From Epithemia pelagica (lineage: Eukaryota > Protista > Bacillariophyta): 64,000 nucleotides of DNA. The position numbers and the translations under genes were made by a program. A model generated the notes under the pieces. It did no database searches. It saw nothing but the letters and a program-made list of their open reading frames with translations, and was not told the origin of the DNA. This document shows, piece by piece, positions 33,234 through 44,295 of this stretch. Within the stretch, counting starts at the first letter, position 1. Every line of letters begins with the position of its first letter. The stretch is from positions 1,984,001-2,048,000 of the forward strand of contig OX337228.1 in the NCBI GenBank assembly GCA_946965045.2. The letters are read 5' to 3'.

Positions 33234-33977
33234 CAAAGAGCAACGAGCAAAGCACTAGGAGTACCTATGGTGTCTCTATGGTCTCTATGATGATTAGTGG
33301 TGCTAAAAAGTGAGCGTACTTTCGCGTCTGAGCATCTGACGTCACTATGAAGGAGTGTGTACCCCCCAGGCCCGTCGGCTTGCTTTTTTACGCGGTCCAC
33401 AAAGACCCACGTGTGTCGCGAGTCGCGAACGGACAACGGACGCGTTGTCATCATCATCATCATCTGTGGTGGTGGTGGTGGTCATACGGAGTAAATTATT
33501 TTCTCCCTCTTTCGGGTAGTAGATGGTAGCAGATCGCAGGAGTAGAGGTTTTGAGTTTGGACCGCTCCTACCAACTCCTAGGAAGATATGATCCTAGAAA
33601 AGCGAAACGATCCACGATGAACTTTGACGGAAGTGGTAGGATTACATGAAAGACTGACATCAACGAAAAGGTTTTGCATCTCTCTTGAAATTCTTTTTGC
33701 AAAGCTACAACATGCGCTTAGATTCACAAAGGGGCACTGCCTACTTGGAAAAGCCAGGCGGCCGAACATTAGACACGACATCCCTTGCCAAATATAACAG
33801 CTGCAATATCAGGGAGAGTTTGTATGGGGCAAGGCGCAAGGGCGAGTGTGTTTGGGAGATATCTGGCCACATGTTGTCTGGATAGCGCCTGTAAGGCTTT
33901 GTCCGCAAAACTCTTGAATTGTCAAAGAATTCTTCGGTTTTTGTTGCTTGATTATCTTCCATACAGCCCATCATACA

Positions 33978-34328
33978 TCATATCATATCAATTCGGGTCC
34001 AAATTCTTTCATGTAAGTAGTAAATAATGAGTTTGGCCACAAATTCAATCAGACCAATCTGTAAGGCGGCTTCGACTTCACCTGTTACCAGCCATGCAAT
34101 GAAAGTGGTTGTCGATGTCGCCAGAAATCGCCATGTGATACCCTTGACCAGACTACGTGTATGTGAGTCTGAAGGCCGTGTTCCGGTGGCATTGCCATCC
34201 ATGGTCATGAGACCATCCTTGCCGTCCCCATCGTTCATACTGCTGTAATCGACACTGAGGGGAGCGGCTGCATCTGTTCGTCGACGGTGGGCATGGACTG
34301 CCAGAGTCGATTCAGAGACAGGTTCCAT
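33978..34328 (-). CDS. DUF2061-type small membrane protein
   Basis: RSLVKGITWRFLATSTT..AWLVTG..ALQIGLIEFVAKLIIYYLHERIW pattern. Confidence 0.8.
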   Translation of the reverse strand: MEPVSESTLAVHAHRRRTDAAAPLSVDYSSMNDGDGKDGLMTMDGNATGTRPSDSHTRSLVKGITWRFLATSTTTFIAWLVTGEVEAALQIGLIEFVAKLIIYYLHERIWTRIDMI

Positions 34329-35880
34329 GTTCCTCTGCGGTGGACACTTGCAATGGTTTGATGTATCATCCCAAAAGTTTATAGGACAGCACGTCCACCG
34401 TGTAGAACTGGTACATAAGCCACGTATGTAGGGGGTAGTACTAGGTATAAGCAGAAAAGAAAAGAAGGAATCTTAGTCTTATTCCCGTAATGTGGAGAGA
34501 GCAGAGACGAGAGGTTGTACTGCTCTTGCCTCTTGTGTCTTGGCATGAAGAATGAAAAATGAAGAGCTCGTCTCCTCGAGACAAGGGTGCTTCCCTGGTC
34601 TTCGTCATCTCATTATTAGGGACGACACCGGGGCTCTGAGTGTCCAACTGTGTTTGTCGAGAGCAGAAGTGCTTTCAACAGTGCCAGCAGGCATCATAGG
34701 TTATCATAGGTTTTGTTTGGTTTTGTTGTCTTGTCTGGTCGTCTTTTGTAGTTGTGTTGTTGCTCCTCTTCAGTTGTTGGATTGTTGCGTTTGGACAAGG
34801 GGTTGTTGATTGTTGCATAGGTTCTCTGGAGTGTTTCTGGCTCATCCAGGTAGTTAATTGTTGTTTTCGTCTTCATCAGGTTGTTGGTTTGGCTCTGGTA
34901 GGAAAGCTGGGGAAACAAGCCTGAAGAGCCAAGGGCACATTGCATACCAGCCTCATCTCTTTTTCTCAATGTTGCTGCAGTTGATTGTTGTTTTGGACAT
35001 TGTCTTGTACGTTCGGTGGAGTTGATTGTTGCGCTCGTTGTCGTGCTCGCTGCCATTGTCTCGTATGGGGAGTTGATGTTTTTGCGTAAAGAAGAAGCTT
35101 CCATCGACCAACATCCATGATGGTAGTCCATTGGGATCCATTCGATTGTCTTGGTGGTTCCTTCTCTGCGGTTGTTGCAATTGGCGGTTGGGTCAGAACA
35201 TTCCAGTTGATTGCCGCATGTCATTGTCGTGGCTCTCCTATGCCTCATGAATCGTAATGATGCCGGCGGTAACCATCTTCCACTTGATGGCCAGCATCTC
35301 CTCATTGAACTCTCCTCTGTACTAGCATCTTTATGTAAGCGAAGGCTTGTGCAAAAGCACCCGTGGGTCCTTGTCGTTGCGGTTTCTCGTCCTATGACAA
35401 GTACTCCCTCATGGGTATGTCCAGTCAAGCGTGATGCGAGGGTTTGTGAAATTCCCTTCTGCTACATACAGCGCTATCATGACCCGGACAGGTGTCCGCC
35501 AAACTATTGAGTAAAACTTGTCACTTCTTTTGCTCGTAGGCTATGGTACAGCGATCCTGTGCTGTGGCGCTAGGTTAGGTACTGATCATCAAGATTTCTA
35601 GGACTTCTGTCCGGTAATTTTTTCCGATATCCCTAAGTTTGTCCTATAAATTAGGGCTAATGGCGGACCTTACGGAGTGGCCTTTGTGATGGCGTTGGAA
35701 TTGTTGCGCCGAAGAACACAACCTCACGGTCGCATGGCAATGAAGTACATACCTCGCTATTAAAATTTCGGAAATAACTGTTGAGTTGTATAACTGCCAA
35801 GATTCCCTACATTTTTTGCGTTGATGACTGACGCCCCCCAATATCCCAAGTTGTGACAGAACCAGAGCCCAAAGATAAGG

Positions 35881-37523
35881 ATGGCCTCTAACAATGAAGC
35901 GGCAACGTCCCCGAGCTATCATTTCATGGTAGTGGTGTTAGGTAAGTGAACATGTACCACACAGAATAGACCACTTGTCCGATCCGTGCATGATGGTCCT
36001 TCTCACGCTGCCATTTGCTTCTTTGTGCTAACCCTTTAGGAGATTTGGGACGGTCTCCACGGATGCAATATCATGTCTTGTCACTACTACAGGCTGGTCA
36101 TTTTGTCACGTTTATTGGATACACGGGCGAGCAGTTGGTTCCACCATTGTTGAAATACGCACCCAAATCTGTGATTGGGGAGGATGCGGCCAAGAACCGT
36201 GACCACCCTCCGACTTTGCGGGTGATTCGATTTCCGGCCCCTAAAGTGGACATTCTTCGATCCAATCCACTCTTGTTGCCTTTGTACTTTGCATGGAGGG
36301 CCATTACCTTGACCTTTCTTTTGATCATGGCGCTGTCGTTTGTCAAACCCGCTCCTCTTTTGTCGACGGGCGAAAAAGTGAAGCCACAAGCCATTTTAAT
36401 GCAGAATCCGCCTGCGATTCCAATCTTGATGCTTATGGTTACCTACAAGTTCTTTACGGGGGCCAAGCTTGTAATTGATTGGCACAACCTTGGCTACTCC
36501 ATGATTGAAAAACAATACACAACATTTCGGGCATTTGGCCGCTGGTATGAACAAACCTTTGCCCCCTTTGCCGACGGACACTTGACCGTTACCAAAGCCT
36601 TGCAGAACTTTTTGAAGAATGAATTGAAAATTGAGAACGAAAACTGTAGCGTTGTACATGATTGCCCACCGTCAATCTTCCGATTGCGAACACTGGCAGA
36701 GCAACATCGAATCTTGGAAGGAGCACATTCACAATTGATGAAAGCGTTGACAGATAACAAAGTTGATTGGCCAGAAGTCAAGCAAAGTCCCTCCCTAGAA
36801 GAGACTAAATCAACCCTTTTGACGGAGCCAGTGCCCCGACGACCTGGAAAATTTCAGCCCCGGTCTCAGCGGCCTGCCTTTTTGATTTCTAGCACCAGTT
36901 GGACGGCCGACGAAGATATGGACATTTTAATTGATGCCTTGCAACTGATCGATAAGAATATTCAATCTACTAGAAGTCCCTTGCGCATCATATGTGCAAT
37001 TACGGGGAAGGGGCCACTGAAACAACATTACGAAGACATCATTGCTCAAAAGACTTGGAAATCTGTCGTTGTCACTACCATGTGGATGGAGCCAGAGGAT
37101 TATCCAACGTTCTTGGCAACGGCGGATGTTGGAATATCACTCCATACATCTACATCCGGCCTCGATCTCCCTATAAAAATACTGGACTATTTTGGTTGCG
37201 AGGTTCCTGTCTGTGCCTATCGATTCCCTTGTTTAAATGAACTGGTACAGGACGATGTCAATGGCCGGACATTTGAGAAGGCAGACGAACTGTCCGAGAT
37301 CCTCGTTGAACTGTTGGAACCACTGGCATCTTCCAAACGAGGCGATCACCTTGCAAATCACGACTTTGGAGAGTTGCAGCGGTATTCGATGCAAGTCCAA
37401 GGACAATTGCTTTGGAGCGAAAACTGGCCCAAGAATGCATGGCCCGTCCTGGAACGAGCTGTACAAAGATCGTCATCCGCTTCGCGAGCCAAGGAGATGA
37501 CGGACAAACCTAAAGACGATTAA
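35881..37523 (+). CDS. ALG1: Chitobiosyldiphosphodolichol beta-1,4-mannosyltransferase; exons 35881-35941, 36040-37523
   Basis: Spliced VVVLGDLGRSPRMQYH, MQNPPAIP, VIDWHNLGYS, SSTSWTADED, ADVGISLHTSTSGLDLPIKILDYFGC. Intron GTAAGT..GCTAAC..TTAG. Confidence 0.95.
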
Positions 37524-37736
37524 TGTGGCATGGGAGTTCTAGAGATATATCTTGTATGGTTGTCTTGTAGAATCTAAAAAGCGTGTTTTCTAAACGTTCT
37601 GCTGCATTTGTCATGAGGTTATAGGAGTAGAAGACTGCAATTAAGCTTAACTATAGTAGCTAGAGGAGCGCTAGCAGGAGCTTTTGGTACGTTCAGAACG
37701 CACAAAATCTACTCCTACGAAAAAATCTTGTTGACC

Positions 37737-39107
37737 ATGACCATCGTGTCAGCAAGAGAATCACATCAAAAAGCGAAATTCCGCGTAAAGACGGTATCCA
37801 GCGAAACGCAAGAGGAAACAGAACTGGAATGCCAACCATACTTTGTTGACTTCGCGTCTCTACCTCAAAGTCAACTCCAGCATTTGCGAGAATGTGGTCT
37901 CCTGCACGAGGATTTGGTGAATGTGCGTTTGATCGCCGACCGGCACATTCAGTATTTGCAGCAGACGTGGGATACAGAGCAAAATCTACGGCCTAGTTTT
38001 GTGAGCTTGGATGCCAGTCGACCATGGATGCTTTACTGGACCTTACATGGATGTGATTTACTCAACCATACGCCGTCCGATCACGACTGTTTGTTGATCT
38101 TGAACACATTGAAAGCATGCTGGACGAACGCCACGCCAACTTCCGGAGGATTCGGTGGTGGACCGACTCAAATGCCTCATGCGGCGACAACCTATGCGGC
38201 CGTTTTGGCTCTCTGTATCTTGGCGAGTGATCATTCCACGGGGAAACCCTACGCGAAGCAAGCGCTCGAGTATTTGGACAGCATCCGAGAACCATTATTT
38301 GCATGGATGATGACGTTACGAGAACCCGATGCAGCGTCGTCGGGTTTTTCCGTTCGAATGCAACATGATGGAGAAATTGACGTTCGGGCGTCCTATTGTG
38401 TGGTTGCGGTTGCCAAACTCCTTGGAATTCTGCGACCATCCTTGACCGAGGGTCTGGCCCAATATGTTATTTCATGTCAAACATACGAAGGCGGATTTGG
38501 TGGAGAACCCTGGTCAGAAGCGCACGGGGGATACACGTTTTGTGCCATTGCTGCCTTGTACCTTCTCGGTCACTTTAATCCTGATAGCAAGAGCAGTACT
38601 GGGAATCAGCAACTGGACATAGAATCACTGACGCAGTGGCTCACCTCAAGGCAAATGGCATACGAGGGAGGTTTCAGTGGACGAAGCAACAAGCTAGTAG
38701 ATGGGTGTTATAGTTTCTGGCAGGGTGGGGCTGTTGCTATTGTATCGGCAGTGCATTCCTCACCTCCATCGTCGAAAGTCGGCACTGCGACGGAGCCAGA
38801 GGATCCATGGTTGTCGGGCACAGTGGACCAAGACGCGTTACTGATGGACGAAGGCATGTTGGAACGATATATTTTGCTCTGTGCACAAGATGTCACGGGT
38901 GGTCTACGCGACAAGCCGAGTAAACGGCGTGATTTTTACCATACCTGTTACAACTTGAGTGGATTGTCCGTGGTCCAACAGTGTTCCGGAGTGAGCTTTG
39001 GTCATCCCACCCAATCTCGTGTTGCCCAAACCCACCCTTGTTACAATATCCGCCTGGATCGTGTCAAAGCCATTTTGGAACATTATCGCAGTATAATAAA
39101 TAAATAG
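37737..39107 (+). CDS. FNTB: Protein farnesyltransferase beta subunit
   Basis: DASRPWMLYW, GGFGGGP..MPHAATTYAAV, GEIDVRASY, CQTYEGGFGGEP..EAHGGYTFC, NKLVDGCYSFWQG, GGLRDKP..DFYHTCYNLSGLS. Confidence 0.92.
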   Translation: MTIVSARESHQKAKFRVKTVSSETQEETELECQPYFVDFASLPQSQLQHLRECGLLHEDLVNVRLIADRHIQYLQQTWDTEQNLRPSFVSLDASRPWMLYWTLHGCDLLNHTPSDHDCLLILNTLKACWTNATPTSGGFGGGPTQMPHAATTYAAVLALCILASDHSTGKPYAKQALEYLDSIREPLFAWMMTLREPDAASSGFSVRMQHDGEIDVRASYCVVAVAKLLGILRPSLTEGLAQYVISCQTYEGGFGGEPWSEAHGGYTFCAIAALYLLGHFNPDSKSSTGNQQLDIESLTQWLTSRQMAYEGGFSGRSNKLVDGCYSFWQGGAVAIVSAVHSSPPSSKVGTATEPEDPWLSGTVDQDALLMDEGMLERYILLCAQDVTGGLRDKPSKRRDFYHTCYNLSGLSVVQQCSGVSFGHPTQSRVAQTHPCYNIRLDRVKAILEHYRSIINK

Positions 39108-39213
39108 CGCCACGCTTACCAAATTGATCCAATGGAATCAAATAAGAACATTGTTCCAGCGACAAAATGACCATGTCTTCTACTCGTTCTTGTCATTACT
39201 ATCGTTTATCGAG

Positions 39214-39969
39214 TCAATGACCTGGAGATTTGGCGCAAAGACACCCAATTGTAGGATCCTGGCCACATTGGGCGGCAAACGTTTCGATCCCCCAGCAAAT
39301 GGTCGCAAATGGCAAGACATCGGTAAAGGGTAGAATTTCTTCGGCCAGCTCCACAAAAAAGGCTACATTGCTCCCCCCAAACAGGGTACGAATCTGGTAG
39401 GCCGCAAAGGGAGCAAACAAGACGTCGACCACCTCCCCATAAATTGGCACCAACTCGGATGCCGATCCAGCCAGATCAATGGCAATACAAATTGCGAGTT
39501 TGGACAAATCAATCGACTTTGTAATTCCCGATCCTTCTCGAGGAGCGCTTTGACTCAACCGGGAGGAAGCGTCGAACTCGTTGAGTACAATCGATGAATT
39601 TTGGATGGCAATGGCAACCACGACGGCAAAGACAACCGCTGCAAGGAGTTGACTTGCCAAGATGATAACCAATTGTGCTTTCAAGTTTACCCAATATGCA
39701 GTAGACTTCACCACTGGATTCGTGATGGAACTGCCATCAAAGACTGGAACGACCGATGTGACCAAAGACGACGAACCCACACTCCAAAGGTGATGAGGAT
39801 CGAAGGACACTGGCAAACTAGTCATGGACCGTCGTGGGGTCCTGTCAACACGTCGATCTCTCCTTTCTTTGGACATGCATCCGATGTTATGGTTTGGAGT
39901 GAACGAATATACTCTCCATGATAGCATCAGTGCAAGTACTAGTATGGACGATCGCATCATTGTTGTCAT
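39214..39969 (-). CDS. Putative plastid-targeted membrane protein of unknown function; C-terminus possibly frameshifted
   Basis: Signal peptide followed by YSF-TP (bipartite-type presequence), two hydrophobic segments, ICIAIDLAGSASELVP..EEILPFTDVLPFATICW. ATG at 39969. Confidence 0.65.
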   Translation of the reverse strand: MTTMMRSSILVLALMLSWRVYSFTPNHNIGCMSKERRDRRVDRTPRRSMTSLPVSFDPHHLWSVGSSSLVTSVVPVFDGSSITNPVVKSTAYWVNLKAQLVIILASQLLAAVVFAVVVAIAIQNSSIVLNEFDASSRLSQSAPREGSGITKSIDLSKLAICIAIDLAGSASELVPIYGEVVDVLFAPFAAYQIRTLFGGSNVAFFVELAEEILPFTDVLPFATICWGIETFAAQCGQDPTIGCLCAKSPGH

Positions 39970-40225
39970 GGTCTCCTCCTTTGCAGATCTTTGCGATCTT
40001 TGTGGGAAAAACCATTTGACACTGCCACGTGGCACATGGAAAGGAGGAGTAGTCGCGAGTCGCGATTCCGCCTGTCCCTCCCCCGCGTCTCAAAGAGCAT
40101 TGCTCCAAACTCCAACTCGTTCCTCATTTTTCTCCAACCCACTTTGGTTGACGAAGACGACCGTCACCCACACCGAGACTCTTGGAAACGCAATCGGCTT
40201 GAAGGAACCAAACACTGTCCTCATC

Positions 40226-41920
40226 ATGTCGTCCATGGCCTACAACTCTGCAGCCGGTCTTTCCGGTATGCTGAAAGAGGGAACCCGGCACATGCAGGAG
40301 TACGGGGACGATGGAAGCGTGGTTATGCGCAACATTGACGCTTGTCTCCAGTTGTCGCGACAAATGTTGACGTCGAGTTTGGGTCCACAGGGACGTTGTA
40401 AACTCGTGGTGAATCACTTGCAGAAGATTATTGTAACGGCGGATTGTGCGGCGATTCTCAAGGAAGTTCAGATTCAGCATCCCGCAGCCAGCTTGCTCAG
40501 TATGACCGTACAAAAGCAAAAGACGGAATGTGGCGATGCCACCAACTTTTGCTTGAGCTTTGCTGGAGAGCTGTTGTGGCAGACCGCTCTTCTAATTCAA
40601 AAAATGACTTGGCAGCAGACGGCTCCGGAAATCATTGCCGGATTTCAGCATTCACTCAAGCTATGTTTAGAAGAGTTCTTTCCACAGACTGTGGCGGTAA
40701 CCATCGCGGATATGGACAAGAAAGAGAATCTGATGAAAATAATAACGCCAGTTTGGCAATCCAAGCAGTACGGAACGGAAACCTCCATGGCGTCTTTGGT
40801 AGCAGACGCTTGCATGCTCGTGTATCCCGAAGGTTCCAAAGGATCCTTTCCAGCAGCATCGATTCGAACAGTCCCAATTCTTGGCGCTGGCGTTCAACAG
40901 TCTGTATTGATTGAAGGATACGTTGCCACTCGTGGACTACAATCTGTCAAAAAGTCTGCTTCCAACTGCAAGATTGCTGTCTTTGCAAGTGGGATCGAGG
41001 CAAGTAGCACGGAAGCAAAAGGAACTGTGGTAATGAAAACGGCCGAGGACCTCATGACCTACAACAAGAGTGAAGAACTCAAAATGCAAGAAATCATACA
41101 AGGTCTTTCCGACGCAGGCATTCAAGTCGTGGTGAGTGGAGGGGCTGTGTCCGATATGGCAATGCACTTCATTGACAAGTACAATTTGGTGTGTTTGCGC
41201 GTCAGCTCCAAGTGGGAACTGCGTCGACTTTGTCAAGCCGTGGGTGCCACAGCCCTGGTGCGACTTGGAACGCCCATGCCAGAAGAAATGGGTTTCGCCG
41301 AGACAGTCAAGCAACAGGAACTGGGAGACAGGACCGTGACAGTGTTTGCCAATTCCACAGGGGAATCCAAACTGGCCACCATTGTGTTGAGAGCCTTTAC
41401 CCGAACCTTGTTGGCAGATCTGGAACGTGCAGTGGACGATGGCGTACAAGTGATTGCCCAGGCAGTCAAGGACTGTAACAGAAATGGAGTAGCGCGATTG
41501 TGCTATGGAGGTGGATGCTCCGAAATGGCTTTGTCCGTCCGGTTGCAACAAGCGGCGCAAAAGGTCCCTGGATTACAACAATATGCCATGCAAGCCTTTG
41601 CTCAGGCATTGTGGGTGGTACCTCGTACTCTGGCCGAAAACGCGGGACACAAGGCAACGATTACCCTGGCTCACTTACAAGCAGCTCACTCCACTAGTGT
41701 CAGCGACGGATCCGATGGTGCCATTTGTGACGTGGGCATCGACATTGAAGAAGACTCGGCGAATGGTGTTTGTGGAATGGCCGAAGGTGGAGTCCTTGAT
41801 TTGGTAGCCACGAAACAGTCTGCGCTTCGTTTGGCTGTGGATACGGTTACAACCATTCTCAAAATTGATCAAATCATTATGAGCAAACAAGCCGGGGGGC
41901 CTAACCCAAGCGGTCCGTAA
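40226..41920 (+). CDS. CCT8: T-complex protein 1 subunit theta (chaperonin CCT8)
   Basis: GLSGMLKEGTRH, VMRNIDAC, SSLGPQGRCKLVVNHLQKIIVT, IQHPAA, ECGDATN, VPRTLAENAG, TILKIDQIIMSKQAGGP. Confidence 0.93.
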   Translation: MSSMAYNSAAGLSGMLKEGTRHMQEYGDDGSVVMRNIDACLQLSRQMLTSSLGPQGRCKLVVNHLQKIIVTADCAAILKEVQIQHPAASLLSMTVQKQKTECGDATNFCLSFAGELLWQTALLIQKMTWQQTAPEIIAGFQHSLKLCLEEFFPQTVAVTIADMDKKENLMKIITPVWQSKQYGTETSMASLVADACMLVYPEGSKGSFPAASIRTVPILGAGVQQSVLIEGYVATRGLQSVKKSASNCKIAVFASGIEASSTEAKGTVVMKTAEDLMTYNKSEELKMQEIIQGLSDAGIQVVVSGGAVSDMAMHFIDKYNLVCLRVSSKWELRRLCQAVGATALVRLGTPMPEEMGFAETVKQQELGDRTVTVFANSTGESKLATIVLRAFTRTLLADLERAVDDGVQVIAQAVKDCNRNGVARLCYGGGCSEMALSVRLQQAAQKVPGLQQYAMQAFAQALWVVPRTLAENAGHKATITLAHLQAAHSTSVSDGSDGAICDVGIDIEEDSANGVCGMAEGGVLDLVATKQSALRLAVDTVTTILKIDQIIMSKQAGGPNPSGP

Positions 41921-42018
41921 TATAGTAAGCAATGAATAAGGTATGATAATATGGCAACTGTTATAGACTTGATATTCTCAACTGAAAGATAGTCGCTTGC
42001 GTCCTCTCCGTTTGAGGT

Positions 42019-43077
42019 CTACCTTGTGATCTTTTCTTCCTTTTCAAAACTTTCTACGCTCGTGAATGAGATTGAAACTCCAGATGGGTCAGTGAATGGT
42101 TCCACCTCGCCCGATCCGTCGCTTGATGGGGTGTACACGACATTCAAAGACTGAAGCACTGGGTTTACAGAAAGCTTTTTCTTTTTGGATGGAAGCAACA
42201 ATATACCCATGGAATTCTTTGACGGCGCCAAGTAAACTGATTTGGCAGGTTGTGGTGGTTCAAACTGACCCAGGCCCTTGGAAGGTCTGGCATATGGATA
42301 TTCTTGTTCCACAAACCCCAACTGTTCGTAGAATGCCTTGGATGCCTCAACATTGGCACAGTTGATGGCGACAAACATGATCGGGTCTGGAGTGAACCCG
42401 ACAATGCCTCGAATTGGCAAGCCCGAGGGCGACACCACATTCACTATACCATATGCGTCCAAGATATTCCCTCCATACTTGACCATTTTTGAAATCCGAT
42501 ATTCAGTCACTCCCACTTGAAGGAAAGCAATATTATCGCCTGGAGCATCGTTTCCCACTCGATATAGTGCATCGGTCGTGCTGCGATCGTAGGAAATTTT
42601 GATAGAAGCATGCCCACCATAGGTATTGAATGAAGAAACAGGAATGGTAAAGTCATCCGGGATAGTCAGCTGCTCTGGGCCAAATCCCATCCAGATGTCT
42701 TCTACTCCACCACTGATTCGCTGACGTAGAACTTCGAAGCCAAAACCTTGGGACAGGAACGACACCATGGCATCTTGCTGAGACTTGTCCGCTACCGTGA
42801 TGGTCAGACCCTGAAGGATAGCATTGGTATCCTCTAGTTCTGGGAGTTTTCCGACAGCTGCGACACTAGCTGAGGGTGAAGACCCGATTAAGAGACTGCC
42901 GCAAACCAACCCATCCAGGAGGATGAACCTTCTTGATGTTCCGACGTTGTGAAGACACACTGACCCCGTTCGTTGTGGAATGGATCTCGCGAACACCCGA
43001 CCTGGTGCTTGAAAGCTACTACAGATTCGCAAATGGAGAAGAAAAAGCGCAAACAGAGGGAGCTTGTGGTTGTGCAT
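42019..43077 (-). CDS. Putative plastid/thylakoid-targeted VOC (glyoxalase-like) two-domain protein
   Basis: Signal peptide plus SSF-QAP, then an RRFILL..GSLLIG..ASVAA segment resembling a thylakoid transfer peptide. Two VOC-like repeats (DAMVSFLSQGFGFEVLRQR; NVEASKAFYEQLGF). Confidence 0.65.
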   Translation of the reverse strand: MHNHKLPLFALFLLHLRICSSFQAPGRVFARSIPQRTGSVCLHNVGTSRRFILLDGLVCGSLLIGSSPSASVAAVGKLPELEDTNAILQGLTITVADKSQQDAMVSFLSQGFGFEVLRQRISGGVEDIWMGFGPEQLTIPDDFTIPVSSFNTYGGHASIKISYDRSTTDALYRVGNDAPGDNIAFLQVGVTEYRISKMVKYGGNILDAYGIVNVVSPSGLPIRGIVGFTPDPIMFVAINCANVEASKAFYEQLGFVEQEYPYARPSKGLGQFEPPQPAKSVYLAPSKNSMGILLLPSKKKKLSVNPVLQSLNVVYTPSSDGSGEVEPFTDPSGVSISFTSVESFEKEEKITR

Positions 43078-43352
43078 GACGAAAACAAATCTAACTCTGC
43101 CAACAAGTTAATGACCAAGGGACGTTGCGATACACTGATACCTGATACCTCGTACCTTGTCTCTCGTCGATTGATCGCTTCGGCATTTTCTGTGGTCGTG
43201 GGCATGATTCATGATCTGGGTGATGTCATGCGATATCTTTTTCGAGCGACTGGAAGTCTGCTACCCGTGCTATCACCTCCTGATCAAAAGAGTAGGAGTG
43301 CTAGACGAGTAGTCCTACTGAAAATGTAGGGTTCCACGCCCTCGAAAGGATG

Positions 43353-43526
43353 TGAATAAATCCCGCCAACAGGTCGCATATTGGCGGATACATGGTCGCA
43401 TATTGGCGAATATGCATCGCCTACATATGCTTCTATGCATCTAGTTTTCTAGTCATAATTTTGGTCTAGCCACTTGTTGCACGCCGTATACACCGTGTTG
43501 TAGCGTGTAGTGGCAGGATTTATACA
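43353..43526 (+). repeat. 5' LTR
   Basis: Starts TGAATAAATCCCGCCA and ends TGGCAGGATTTATACA (16-bp imperfect terminal inverted repeat, 14/16). Internal duplicated GGTCGCATATTGGCG. Confidence 0.97.
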
Positions 43527-43549
43527 GTTTATCAGACCCAAACTGCAGA

Positions 43550-43621
43550 GCCGCAGTGGTTTAGCTGGTAAATGTTTCCTGTTGGCTCGTAGTGCCAGGG
43601 GTTCGAGTCCCCTCAGACTCA
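43550..43621 (+). other. tRNA-like module (A box, D arm, T arm with B box) in the retrotransposon 5' leader; acceptor and anticodon stems do not pair
   Basis: TGGTTTAGCTGG A box, GTTT/AAAT D stem, tRNA-like 23-nt spacer, perfect T arm AGGGG-TTCGAGT-CCCCT. Confidence 0.6.
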
Positions 43622-44295
43622 GCTTTAAGTTAAGACTCCCAATTTCTGGGGGCCGCCATATTTGGGGTGTATGTTACAAGACGTTTCCCCGCTGGTAAGA
43701 AGTGCATTTTCTCAAGAGAGGTCGTTCATAGCATGAGTGCTTTCACCGCTTAGTTCATACGCTATATGCCAAATGGACGGGGGAACGGATACGTGTCTTT
43801 TACCTAACTCACCAACTATGCTAGCTAAGCTATGCATTATGTGAAACTCCTTGGAGTCTTGCTCTCTGCCTTTTGCCCGTACTGGCAGCGGCTGATCACC
43901 GCTTGGGAGTGTTCGCGCTAAGCTACTCGTCACAGTATGCTTGCGGCACTACTTATAGTTCACACTCGTGATGTGTGACCCATGGCACTCTCCCACGTGA
44001 CGGGGAGCACTCGCTTAAGTGAGCGATTGTTTTGGTAATCTTTTCTCCATACATGAAAATATAGATACCTCCTTTTGCACTGTGCCGACGCACACGTCAT
44101 AAGTATTTGTTCTCTGCCGACTGCAGCGCAAACGCAAGTCGACACTACTTGTGCACCTTAATTCCAGGTAGAATCGCGAAATCTGCGATCTACATCACCT
44201 TTTGGCAATGCCTCCACACTTCTGTGTTTTTTGCCTGTGTTTTGCTCTGAACCTCTCCTGCTTCTGGCTCTCTTGCTTTCCTTTTGCCTTCCACC

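Noticed and set aside
33448-33483. (CAT)n followed by (GGT)n as a structured RNA
   Set aside because: Two short adjacent microsatellites. The possible G-U hairpin has no further support.
34694-35428. 244-aa minus-strand ORF as a gene
   Set aside because: Non-ATG start in the track, no recognisable motif and low-complexity content. Cannot be supported without expression data.
43550-43621. Functional tRNA gene inside the retrotransposon
   Set aside because: The acceptor stem pairs at only 3 of 7 positions and the anticodon stem does not pair. Reported only as a tRNA-like promoter module.
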